From: an uncultured Christensenellaceae bacterium
Lineage (GTDB): Bacteria > Bacillota > Clostridia > Christensenellales > SZUA-584
NCBI GenBank assembly: GCA_964510055.1
Contig: CAZDZY010000004.1
Location: 1-56,789 of the forward strand
DNA length: 56,789 nt
Reading direction: 5' to 3'
The notes under the pieces were generated by a model. It searched no databases. It was not told where the DNA came from and saw nothing but the letters and a program-made list of their open reading frames with translations. A program made the position numbers and the translations under genes. This document shows positions 24,870 through 34,500 of the stretch, piece after piece (position 1 is the first letter of the stretch; every line of letters begins with the position of its first letter).

Positions 24870-25781
24870 ATGCGTTCTTCGGCTTTTTCAACGACCGGCA
24901 GGGAATATTATACCGATTACGAAGCGAAGCTGTGCTGCTCCATGAACTTAAGCGTTCTCGAGAACGAATGTTTCGGCGAGAGGTATAGGGTCGTTTCCAT
25001 CAAAGCAGGCTCGGCGGTCTTCACGAACGGCAGCTTAAGCCAGATAGTTGCCAGCCCGGCCCTTCTTTGCCTCAATGAGCAGGACAATGTCTCTCTTCAC
25101 GGCACTTCCGGGCTGCTTATGGATATCATGTATTTTGATCCGACGATCTTCGAGAGGTATATGCCGTTCGAGAGCATACAGGCATGGAAAGATACGCTTA
25201 GGGAAGACGAATGGTTTTTCAGGCCTTTTTTTAATCGCTCCGGCTCATATATAGGGGCACTTAGTGTCAGCCAATTGCTGGCCGGCCGCGTGTCGCAGCT
25301 TATAGAGTCGGCCGACAGGGAGCTAACCGTACAAAGCGAATTTTGGCCGTGCCGCAGCCGTTCTTTTTTCATAGAGCTTATATTGCTGGTAAGCTCCGTC
25401 TTCGATAATGACGGCTCGCATGAAAAGCAGAGCTACGGAAAGATAACCGACGAGGTCTCTGAAGTGACGGATTGGCTGCAGACCCATTACCTCGAAAAAA
25501 TAACTGTGGGAGCCGTAACAAGGCAGTTCCACACCAACAAGACAACGCTGAATCAGAAGTTCAAATCGATACTCGGCGTTACAGTGACCGAATACATCAA
25601 CAATGTAAGGGTGCAGGTCGCCTGCTCGTTCCTTAGAAAGACGTTTCTTACTATAAGAGAGATAATGGAAAGGGCCGGCTACCGGGACAGCTCTCACTTT
25701 TTCCGGTCATTCAAAAAGCGCGTCGGCTGCCTGCCGTCAGAATACAGGAATCGTTACGGAGGCTCCGAAATTTCCGATTAA
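24870..25781 (+). CDS. AraC-family transcriptional regulator
   Basis: C-terminal double HTH (LNQKFK..G...EYINNVR..ACSFL..T.LTIREI...GYRDSSHFFRSFKK..G.LPSEYR). Confidence 0.95.
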   Translation: MRSSAFSTTGREYYTDYEAKLCCSMNLSVLENECFGERYRVVSIKAGSAVFTNGSLSQIVASPALLCLNEQDNVSLHGTSGLLMDIMYFDPTIFERYMPFESIQAWKDTLREDEWFFRPFFNRSGSYIGALSVSQLLAGRVSQLIESADRELTVQSEFWPCRSRSFFIELILLVSSVFDNDGSHEKQSYGKITDEVSEVTDWLQTHYLEKITVGAVTRQFHTNKTTLNQKFKSILGVTVTEYINNVRVQVACSFLRKTFLTIREIMERAGYRDSSHFFRSFKKRVGCLPSEYRNRYGGSEISD

Positions 25782-25834
25782 CAACTTTTCATTTCCGATT
25801 GACAATTGATTCCGCTTCCTCCGGGCGCCATAAT
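25770..25834 (+). promoter_or_regulatory. putative AraC tandem sites (ATTTCCGATT x2, 21 bp apart) and promoter
   Basis: Repeats at 25770-25779 and 25791-25800; TTGATT (25806)-17-CATAAT (25829). Confidence 0.6.
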
Positions 25835-25856
25835 AAGGCAAAAGGAGGAAACTAAA

Positions 25857-26825
25857 ATGAAACGTATCATTTCATTTGCTGTTACGGCGGCTCTTATGTT
25901 CGCGTTTGTTTTAACCGGGTGTTCGCAGCCCGCCGCGCAAAATACGGGCGTTGGTGAAGAAGCGTCCGCCGGTGCCGGGGAGGATGTTCCAGCCGCCTGC
26001 GGGCAGGCTTGGGCAGAAGTCCTGAATTTCAAGATAGCCCACGAGACGAATTACTGCGGGTTCCTGAACGAAAACTTAGGTATCACGGTTGGATATTCCG
26101 GCGAAGCGCATTATACCGCCGACCGCGCGGCTTCGTGGCCTCCGGCGGAGAACGTATCCATGTGCCTTTTCGGCCTCGACTATATCGACGAAAACCTCGT
26201 TTGGGCGTCGGGCAACGGAAACAATGTACGAATGAGCACTGACGGCGGCAAGACGTGGATAGAGAAGGCCAGCGCGAGCCTCGGCTCTATACTCACCTAT
26301 GTCGACTTTGTCGACGATAAGAACGGCTGGGTAGCCAACCTCGATAAGCTGGCGGCAACCAGCGACGGCGCGGTGACCTGGGCTGAAATAGTCCTTCCCG
26401 AAAACGCGGACAGCATAGCGGCCATCTGCCTTCGGACGCCGCAATGCGGATACCTGATGACGCGCAGCGGGCTGCTTTTCGCCACTGCCGACGGCGGGGC
26501 AAACTGGAGCGAAAAAGACTTGAACTTTAAAGATTATAAGGTTGCCGACCTTGACGGTAAAACGGGGATCAGTAAAAAATCTATCGCTATGGCCGATATA
26601 AGCTTTATTGACGAAAACAACGGGACTATAGTATTTGCCGGCATGGTGCCCGGCGAAGGGTTTATCACGGTATGCCTTTTAACGGCTGACGGCGGCGCGA
26701 CATGGGTATCGTCGCCGATACCCGACGTCGGGTTCACTCCCAAAAAAGTGTTCCTTACGAGCGACGGCGGTTATCTTACGCTCGGCAGCGACGGCAACCA
26801 GACCGCAGTGCTGAAAAGGCAATAA
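25857..26825 (+). CDS. lipoprotein with BNR/Asp-box repeats (YCF48-related beta-propeller)
   Basis: Lipobox LTGC; STDGGKTW, TSDGAVTW, TADGGANW, TADGGATW; AAGGAGG RBS. Confidence 0.9.
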   Translation: MKRIISFAVTAALMFAFVLTGCSQPAAQNTGVGEEASAGAGEDVPAACGQAWAEVLNFKIAHETNYCGFLNENLGITVGYSGEAHYTADRAASWPPAENVSMCLFGLDYIDENLVWASGNGNNVRMSTDGGKTWIEKASASLGSILTYVDFVDDKNGWVANLDKLAATSDGAVTWAEIVLPENADSIAAICLRTPQCGYLMTRSGLLFATADGGANWSEKDLNFKDYKVADLDGKTGISKKSIAMADISFIDENNGTIVFAGMVPGEGFITVCLLTADGGATWVSSPIPDVGFTPKKVFLTSDGGYLTLGSDGNQTAVLKRQ

Positions 26826-26856
26826 GTGACTATAAGTTAAACACAATACATGGGAT

Positions 26857-26893
26857 AAGGCCTGCGGTGCGGAACCGCGGGCTTTCTTCTTTT
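26857..26893 (+). terminator. intrinsic terminator
   Basis: AAGGCCTGCGGT-loop-ACCGCGGGCTTT followed by CTTCTTTT. Confidence 0.7.
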
Positions 26894-27066
26894 ACTTGTT
26901 TACTTTGACAAATGGCTCGGCATCATTCGTTTCGTACGATCACATCTATAAGCATATACTTACGCCTGACGGGACGGAGCTTCGTGCCGGGAAGTTTACT
27001 TCATTTGCCTGGAGGACAATAAACGGGACAACATATGTCAAAGCGTCCGACCCGGCCCCCGCGGGA

Positions 27067-27399
27067 TTACTTATCCGTCATGCCTAAATACCCTGAGCCC
27101 CAGTTGTTCATCTCCCGCAGCACGGGCATCAGCGTCTTTCCGAAATCCGTCAGCGAATACTCGACCTTCGGCGGCACCTGCGGATATACCTTCCTCGATA
27201 CGAGCCCGCTGGTTTCAAGGTCCCTCAGCTGCTGTGTCAGCATCTTCTGCGTTGCAGCGGGAAACAGCCTTTTCAGCTCGCCGAACCTTAACACGCCTGA
27301 TGAAAGATTCCACAGTATCAATACCTTCCATTTGCCGCCTATCAGGTCTATGGTCATCTCCAGCGGGCAATTATACTCCCTGCCGTTAAACTCAAGCAT
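27067..27399 (-). CDS. HxlR (DUF24) winged-helix regulator
   Basis: CPLEMTIDLIGGKWK..ILW..RFGEL..QKMLTQQLRDLE..GLVSRKVYPQVPPKVEYSLT. Confidence 0.95.
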   Translation of the reverse strand: MLEFNGREYNCPLEMTIDLIGGKWKVLILWNLSSGVLRFGELKRLFPAATQKMLTQQLRDLETSGLVSRKVYPQVPPKVEYSLTDFGKTLMPVLREMNNWGSGYLGMTDK

Positions 27400-27508
27400 A
27401 TTTCCTCCACAGTTTCTTTTCGGGTACTACATTCCTTAAAAGTGCGTACTTGCGGTATTTTCACTTAACGTCTAATATTATACCATAGTTTTTAAAGGGG
27501 TAATATAA

Positions 27509-28030
27509 ATGCCTAACTGTGCCGTAAAAGCAATACTCGAAAGGCGGAGCGTCAGGAAATACCTTGACAAGCCGGTGCCGGGCGACCTGCGGGACGCGCT
27601 TCTAAAGGCTGCCATGAGCGCTCCTTCGGCGTGCAACCAGCAGCCATGGCATTTCGTTATAATAGAAGACCGCGATATCCTCGTCGAACTCTCGGGCATC
27701 CACGGCGGATACCTTCCGCTGAAAAACGCCCCTCTCGCGATACTCGTATGCGGCGAGCCCAAAAAAACCGTATTGGAATACTACTGGGAATACGACTGCT
27801 GCGCGGCAGTGGAGAACATGCTCATATCAGCCCATTCTCTCGGGCTGGGCGCCGTATGGATGGGGATAAACCAAAAGGATGATAAAGACGCAAATATCAT
27901 CCGCTCCATATTGAATATACCCGCCCGCCTTGCGCCCTTCGCTCTGGTCTCAGCCGGCTATCCCGCCGAAGCCGCCGCTCCGGCACAAAGGTTCGATGAA
28001 AGAAAAATCCATTACGGCAGGTTTGCCTGA
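27509..28030 (+). CDS. nitroreductase family protein
   Basis: RRSVRKY, APSACNQQPWHF, ENMLISAHSLGLGAVWMG; divergent from HxlR. Confidence 0.95.
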   Translation: MPNCAVKAILERRSVRKYLDKPVPGDLRDALLKAAMSAPSACNQQPWHFVIIEDRDILVELSGIHGGYLPLKNAPLAILVCGEPKKTVLEYYWEYDCCAAVENMLISAHSLGLGAVWMGINQKDDKDANIIRSILNIPARLAPFALVSAGYPAEAAAPAQRFDERKIHYGRFA

Positions 28031-28042
28031 CGTTTTATAATT

Positions 28043-28465
28043 TCATTTCATCATTATGAACGTCCCGGTGATAACGAACACTATCCCTATCCAGTCCGTT
28101 ATGTCAAAGGTGATCTTATTGATGAATATGTCGGTTATTATGCCGCAGGTGAGCTGCCCCGCTATCACCAACGTCAGCGTCACCGTCACGCCGAGCGCCG
28201 GGACGGCTTTGGTGGTAAGGTAGATTATCATCGCGCCGAAGAACCCGCCGATGAGCAAGAGCGGGTTGACGGTCACGATCTTCCTGTAGCCCGCGAGTCC
28301 GCCCCTCACAAGGTTTATCACAAAGAAGAATATCGCGCCCAATGTCAGGTTATGCAGCGTCGCCAGCGACGGCGTTATCTCCCTGCCCAGCCGGCCGTTT
28401 ATAGTCTGCTCTACCGCCGTGCAAAGCCCGGCTGCTATCGCGCAGACGACAGCCCATATGTCCAT
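28043..28465 (-). CDS. DMT-superfamily transporter (YdcZ/DUF606-like)
   Basis: INGRLG, LIGGFFGA, VPALG, IAGQL...I.D motifs; about 5 TM. Confidence 0.88.
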   Translation of the reverse strand: MDIWAVVCAIAAGLCTAVEQTINGRLGREITPSLATLHNLTLGAIFFFVINLVRGGLAGYRKIVTVNPLLLIGGFFGAMIIYLTTKAVPALGVTVTLTLVIAGQLTCGIITDIFINKITFDITDWIGIVFVITGTFIMMK

Positions 28466-28672
28466 ACCAAACCTCTGAACCTTTATCTATAACTTATATG
28501 ATTCATATACATGTCATATGTACCGTAAGAAAAGAAAGCTGAAATGCAGTAATGGCAAAGTATCAATATTACTTGTAAATCTATACTGCATAGGTTATAT
28601 TTGATTTATATTTCGAGCTATTCCTTACATATTCGCTATAGCCTGCTAATAGTAAAACTTCGGAGGCAAAAA

Positions 28673-29872
28673 ATGAAGTTTAGACGATCCATACTAATAA
28701 TTACCATTATATTCGTATTGACGCTGCTGCCTGCCTCCGCGCTGGCGTACGATCCCGGCGGCGTAACGCTGGGCGGCGTTACATACAACAGCCACGATTA
28801 TAACGCGATGGTAAGTTTCTTAAGCCAGCCCTCGGCGGTTCCGGGGCAGACAAACGCGCAGGCGCTGGGTTACGATATAACGCAGCCCGGGACATGGACT
28901 GGCATTGTCTGGAGTTCGGACGCGCAAAAACGCCTTGTCGAAATCGGCTCAGAAAACTACTCTGGTGTTTGGGACGATAAAAGCCTGGCGGGCTCGCTTG
29001 ACCTCTCAGACTGCACATCGCTTGAAATACTTAATTGCCTTGATAACCAGCTTATAGCGCTCGACGTAAGCGGATGCGCCAATCTTCAAACGCTGGATTG
29101 CAGTGATAATAAGCTGGCAGCATTGAATGTAAATGGATGCACTGCTTTTAACACCCTTAATTGCAGTGATAATCAACTGACGTCGTTCGACGTAAGCGGG
29201 TTCACGGAATTATTGTATCTGAATTGCAGCCATAATAAACTGAAAGCGCTCGATGTGAGGGCAAACACGGCGCTTCAAAGGCTGGATTGCGACTTTAACC
29301 AGCTGACAACGCTCGATATACGTAAAAACGCGGCGCTTACAGATTTGGATTGCGGGGAAAACCAGCTGACAACGCTCGATGTGAGTGTAAATACGGCGCT
29401 TCAAGTGCTGTTTTGCAACACGAGCCAGCTTAAAACGCTCGATTTAGGCGCAAACAAGGCTCTTCAACAAGTGTTCTGCAGAGGAAATCAGCTGACGTCA
29501 CTCGATGTAAGTAAAAATACCGGGCTTGTTTTTCTGGATTGCGGCAATAACCTTCTGCCGGCGCTCGACGTGAGTAAAAACGCAGCGCTCGAGCTTCTGG
29601 ATTGCAGTAAAAACCAACTGACAGCGCTGGATGTAAGCGGGTGTCCGAAGCTTTGGACTTTAGATTGCAGCCAAAATAAGCTTAAAACGCTCGACGCAAA
29701 AGGGTGCGCACACCTTATGAAGCTGAATTGCAAAAATAACGACCTTACCGCGCTTATTCTGATCGAAAGCCCTGTGCTAGGAGTTTTAGATAGCGATAAA
29801 TCGGTCATAGTGATCGACGCGAGACTAATATTTTTGATATTTATGAGTGCTTGTATTAGCATGGTAGCATAG
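28673..29872 (+). CDS. secreted leucine-rich-repeat protein (21-aa LDVSxNxxLxxLxCxxNQLTx repeats)
   Basis: Signal peptide, about 12 LRRs, hydrophobic C-terminus; GGAGG RBS before ATG 28673. Confidence 0.9.
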   Translation: MKFRRSILIITIIFVLTLLPASALAYDPGGVTLGGVTYNSHDYNAMVSFLSQPSAVPGQTNAQALGYDITQPGTWTGIVWSSDAQKRLVEIGSENYSGVWDDKSLAGSLDLSDCTSLEILNCLDNQLIALDVSGCANLQTLDCSDNKLAALNVNGCTAFNTLNCSDNQLTSFDVSGFTELLYLNCSHNKLKALDVRANTALQRLDCDFNQLTTLDIRKNAALTDLDCGENQLTTLDVSVNTALQVLFCNTSQLKTLDLGANKALQQVFCRGNQLTSLDVSKNTGLVFLDCGNNLLPALDVSKNAALELLDCSKNQLTALDVSGCPKLWTLDCSQNKLKTLDAKGCAHLMKLNCKNNDLTALILIESPVLGVLDSDKSVIVIDARLIFLIFMSACISMVA

Positions 29873-29909
29873 GCATCCGGGAACAGCATTTAGAAAACCC
29901 AAGGCATAT

Positions 29910-29936
29910 AAAAGCGCCGCGAAATCGCGGCGCTTT
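29910..29936. terminator. bidirectional intrinsic terminator
   Basis: AAAAGCGCCGCGA-AA-TCGCGGCGCTTT between convergent genes. Confidence 0.8.
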
Positions 29937-29959
29937 AATTAATCATATACTATAATGTC

Positions 29960-31288
29960 TCAGGCGGATATGTCCGCATCCGCCTTGATCGGCTGTTCCT
30001 TCTTGCGGAAAAACACAGCGGTTACGATTATGCCGGCAAACAGGATAACGATGCTGAGCAAGAACGGGTATATCCTCGAGGCTTCGCTGAGCGCCCCGGC
30101 TATATAGCCGAAAGGGATGCAAAACGCCATCACCGTTGTCTGGAGGATCGCCATTATCCCCGCCCGTTCCCCGGGGTCCGCGTGTATGGCGATAAGCGAC
30201 TCTTTAATCGTAGACAGCACCGCTCCCCCCAGCGCGTCGAAAATAAGCGAGACCGACAATACAAGATACACCGGCGCCCCGGCATTTGGCACCGATATGA
30301 GCAGTACGCAGCCGGCAATGGCGCTTATGAACCCTCCGTACATCGGCCATTTCAGCTTTGATTGTTTGATCCTCGATATGACAGTAAAGAAGATAGCTAT
30401 GGAGATAAGGCTTTTTACCATCAGGAAAATAGGCATCAGCGGTTCCGGCACTCCTATATTATATTGAACATAGATCTGCCAGAAATTATCGCTGATCAGT
30501 ATGACGATCTCCATCAGTACTCCGATAACTATAGCGAATATAGTGGCGCGAGACGAAAATATTATACTTACGGCGTGTTTATAGCGCGAAAACATCTGCC
30601 CCCACGACATCTGCCGCGAAGCTTCGCGCTTTACCTTTCCTACGGCCGTTTCTTTCGAAAATTTATAAAGCAGCAGCAGTTTCGCCGTCATCACAATAAA
30701 GGCGTTTATATAGAGTATCCTGATAGCCGGAACCAGCGTGAGGCGGGCGACCATTATAGAGGATATAGGCGCGAACAGCGCCGAGAAGTTGGCCGCAATA
30801 AAGATCCATGAGTAGATACGCGTTATCTTGTCTTTCGGCGCGTCCTCCACCAGCAAACACGCCCACGAGACCGTAGGCACCTTCATTATTCCGTTCAGCA
30901 GCGCCGCGACCGCGAAGAACCAGAAGCCCTGGCTGAAGGCCCATATGAGCGAAGGAACGCTCCACGACAGAAAATCGAACACCATGGTGCTCAGCCTGCG
31001 CCCCATTTTATCTATGAGTACGCCCGACAAAAAAGCAAAGGCCGCGCGGGAAAACGCGTAGATAGAGGCCACCAGCCCCACATCCGCGTCAGAAAGGCCA
31101 AGGGCCTTCATATATAACGTGGCGTAAGGAATCAAAAGGCCCAGAGACAGTCCCCACATCGGCTCCGTGAATATGCATGCGCGCGGGTTGCCGCGCAGCT
31201 CGGCAAGCGTACGCAGAAAATCGTGCTTCGCTAAAAGCTTCTCCCTGCGGCCGCGAATAGATCCGAATTTCATTAAAATTTTGTTCAT
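29960..31288 (-). CDS. MFS transporter
   Basis: About 12 TM; motif A GVLIDKMGRR. Confidence 0.93.
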   Translation of the reverse strand: MNKILMKFGSIRGRREKLLAKHDFLRTLAELRGNPRACIFTEPMWGLSLGLLIPYATLYMKALGLSDADVGLVASIYAFSRAAFAFLSGVLIDKMGRRLSTMVFDFLSWSVPSLIWAFSQGFWFFAVAALLNGIMKVPTVSWACLLVEDAPKDKITRIYSWIFIAANFSALFAPISSIMVARLTLVPAIRILYINAFIVMTAKLLLLYKFSKETAVGKVKREASRQMSWGQMFSRYKHAVSIIFSSRATIFAIVIGVLMEIVILISDNFWQIYVQYNIGVPEPLMPIFLMVKSLISIAIFFTVISRIKQSKLKWPMYGGFISAIAGCVLLISVPNAGAPVYLVLSVSLIFDALGGAVLSTIKESLIAIHADPGERAGIMAILQTTVMAFCIPFGYIAGALSEASRIYPFLLSIVILFAGIIVTAVFFRKKEQPIKADADISA

Positions 31289-31488
31289 ATCCCCCACTTA
31301 CAAAACAAACATCAAGAAATCGCTGATCAATAAGCGATTCCAAAATTATTGCATACGGCGGCAAACCTGTCAATAATCAGGAATAGAAATATATAAACTA
31401 TAATTATCCGTATAAGCGGACAGCCGCCGCTATAAATAACACCCCGGTTTCGGGGCGTTCTTTCCGTGTTATCGATTTTACTACAACG

Positions 31489-31525
31489 AACAGGGGCCGA
31501 CCGGTTTCAGTCAGCCCCTGCTTTT
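31489..31525. terminator. probable terminator of the giant BspA-like gene
   Basis: CAGGGGCCGAC..GTCAGCCCCTG hairpin about 40 bp past the stop codon. Confidence 0.55.
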
Positions 31526-31565
31526 CATAAGTCTCTGCCCTGCCCCGTTATCCGGGCACAGGACT

Positions 31566-34500
31566 TTATTCAGTCGGTAAATCCGTCCAGGAACCGATCG
31601 CCGAGAACGCGCCGTATACCTTCGTCGTGCCTACTACCCTGAAGGCCCGCACTTTATAGTAATACGTCCTCCCCAGTGTCGTGGTCACATCCCAGAAGCC
31701 CAGGCCGGCTGTAGTGATCAGCTTATAGTACGTTCCCCTCAGCGACGTAGCGCGGTACACCTCGTACCCCGACGCGCCGTCTACCGCTGCCCACCTGCCT
31801 GTTATGCCGCCCGTAACAGCTCTTCCAAGCGTTACAACCGGCGCCGACGGCACCGGCGTCGCGTACTTTAACGCGGTGCTCGGATTACCCTTGCCGCTTA
31901 CGCTGTCTCTGGGTATCACCCTGTAATAATACCTCCTCCCGGTATCGAGGCCGCTTTCGCCGGTAAAGGTATAAGTTGAGCCGTCAAAATCACATTCCGG
32001 GCTGTTGCTATCGCCTATGAATGTAAATGTGCCTGTATACGTCGTGTTGCGGTATACCTCGTAAACGTCCGCTCCCTGTATCCGGTTCCAGCTCAGCGCT
32101 ATGCTGTTGTAGCCGTCCGAAGCCGCCGTCAGCTTGAGCGTCGGCCAGGCGGGCTTTGCGTACCTGTAGGCGCTCAGCGTATATTCGGTATCGCTGACGT
32201 ATGCCCTTATCTTGTAGTAGTATGTAGCGCCTGTTTTGAGCCCCGTATCGATACAGCTTATATACCCCTCGGCCGGGTGGTCGAACATCAGGCTGATCAC
32301 GTCCCACTTTCTGGTGGCGGCGTTGTAGCGCTGCACCCTATACCCGGGCTCTCCCTTCACTTCGTTCCACGTAAGTTTTATGCTGTCGTATGTATACGGC
32401 GCGGCGGTAAGTTTTACCTTCTGCCACCCGGGTCTGGAGTACCTGTACATGGTTTTCAGGTTCAACTTGCCGTCAAAGGTTTTCGGCACCACCCTGTAAT
32501 AGTACGTCCTCTTCTCAAGCCCTTTGTCTTCATACTCTACGCTCGTAGCGTCCGGCTCCGGCACTAAGTTTTCCTTTATACACTCGTTGATGGCTTTATA
32601 CGAGGTGCCGCGGTATATATCGTACGCGTCGGCCCCGTATATCGCATTCCATTTGAGGATTATGCCGTTGTAGGTGAGCGGAGCCGCCTTCAGTGTGAGC
32701 GTCGGCCACGCTGTCTTGGCATACTTGCAGGCTGAAAGCGGGCCGACTACGTCTTCCCTTCCCAGTTCCTCGTCAACAGGCTGCACCCTGTAATAATAGG
32801 TCACTCCGGGAGTCAGCTCAAAATCCTCATACTCAACAAAATCCTTACCCTCCAGTTTGCGCACTTTGTCAGGCTCCGGCAAGTAGTCGCCGCTGCCCGA
32901 TTTGACCCATACGTAATAGCTGTCCGCGTCCTTTACATTGTTCCAGTTCAATTTCACTTTGTCGTACGCTGCCGTCGCCGTCAGTTTTATCGGTTCCCAG
33001 CCGGCCCTTGCTGATTTATATGCTGACAGCGGGCCCGGCACCTCGCCGGCCTTGGTCTCGTCAACCGCTTGTACCTTGAAGTAATACGTCCTGCCCAAAG
33101 GCATACCTTTGGCAAGATAGTTAAGGCCGTACACTTTTTCAGGCATCTGTTCATACCCGCCGTTATAAGTGCTCATCCACACGTAGTAAGCATCGGCGCC
33201 GTCCACTTCTGTCCAGTTTAATGTGACGCCGTAATAGCTTTCGGGTGCCGCTGTCAGCGTTGGCGCCTGCCATTTCACCTTCACCGATTTGTACGCCGAT
33301 CTCGCGCCCACCGTCCTTGCGGTGTCGCAGTTGCAGACCGCGCTTACCTTGTAATAATACGTTTTCCCCCATTGCAGCCCGGTATCTGTAAACGTTATTT
33401 CGCCTTTCAGGTTCTCCCCGACCTGCAGATACGTGCCTCTGTACGACGTCGCCCGGTAAATATTATACCCTATAGCGCCGTCTACTGCGCTCCACCACAG
33501 GGTAGCGCTGTTGTGTGCCGTACTGTATATCGAAGTTATTACCGGTTTGCCTATTGCCGCGAACTGTGCTGTCAACGTGCGGCTTTCCGTGGCCGTGAAA
33601 GCATATTTCGCGTCAAAGCTCGCCAGTTCCGCCACCCCGTTCAGTGTTTCCGTCCAGTACAGGAACCGGTAGCCCTGCTTAGGCGTCGCGGTGACCGTCA
33701 CTACAGTGCCGTCGGCAACCGTTGTTCCGCCCGCCGCGGTGCCGTAATATCGGTTGCTCGGCTTTACGGTTATAACGCTGGTATTCGTCCACTTGGCGTA
33801 CAGCGTGATATTAGCCGATACTGTGTTTACGGCAAAGTCCCATCTGTTGACGCAGGACGCTTCCCTGTACCAACCGAGGAACCTGTTGTCCGGATTTGCG
33901 GGGTTAAGCGGCTGCGCGGCCTTTCCGTATTTGTAAACTGTTTGGCTGTCAATAGGATCTGCCGCTTTCCCATTCAGGTTGAACGATACCGTGCATGTCT
34001 GGTCATCGTAGAACGTTTTTACCGGCCGTCCGTACCACGGGTTGGTATATCCCGCCGTCCCGTATGCGCGGTACACAATAAAGCTGCTGCTCGATCCGGG
34101 GAACAACTTCGTATCCGCAAGCGCCCTCGCCTTTATTGTTCTCAGCGTTTTCACCATGCCGTTGTATGTGCTCTTGAGTTCCCGCGGCGCGTGCTCCGCG
34201 GCCGACTCCGCTTTTTTCTTCATGCCGGCGAACCCTTCGTCCTCTTCTTCGCCTGTTTCGACGTACGGCGCGTCTCCGAGGAAGTATACCGCCGCAAGTT
34301 TCGGGCAGTCATAGAAAGCGTCTATAGCGATATAATTTGTCCCGTATCCCATAGTTGCCGTGCTGAGATTGTCGCAGTCTATGAACGCGCCGCTGTATAT
34401 CTCTTCGATATTATCGGGTATGGTCACGCTGGTCAGGCGGTCGCAGTCCACGAACGCTTCCCAATCTATCCAATATACGCCGCTCCCGAGATCGATCTGC

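Noticed and set aside
26896..27087. 63-aa ORF ending INGTTYVKASD (possible gene fragment)
   Set aside because: No RBS, starts in a terminator tail and overlaps hxlR; too little evidence.
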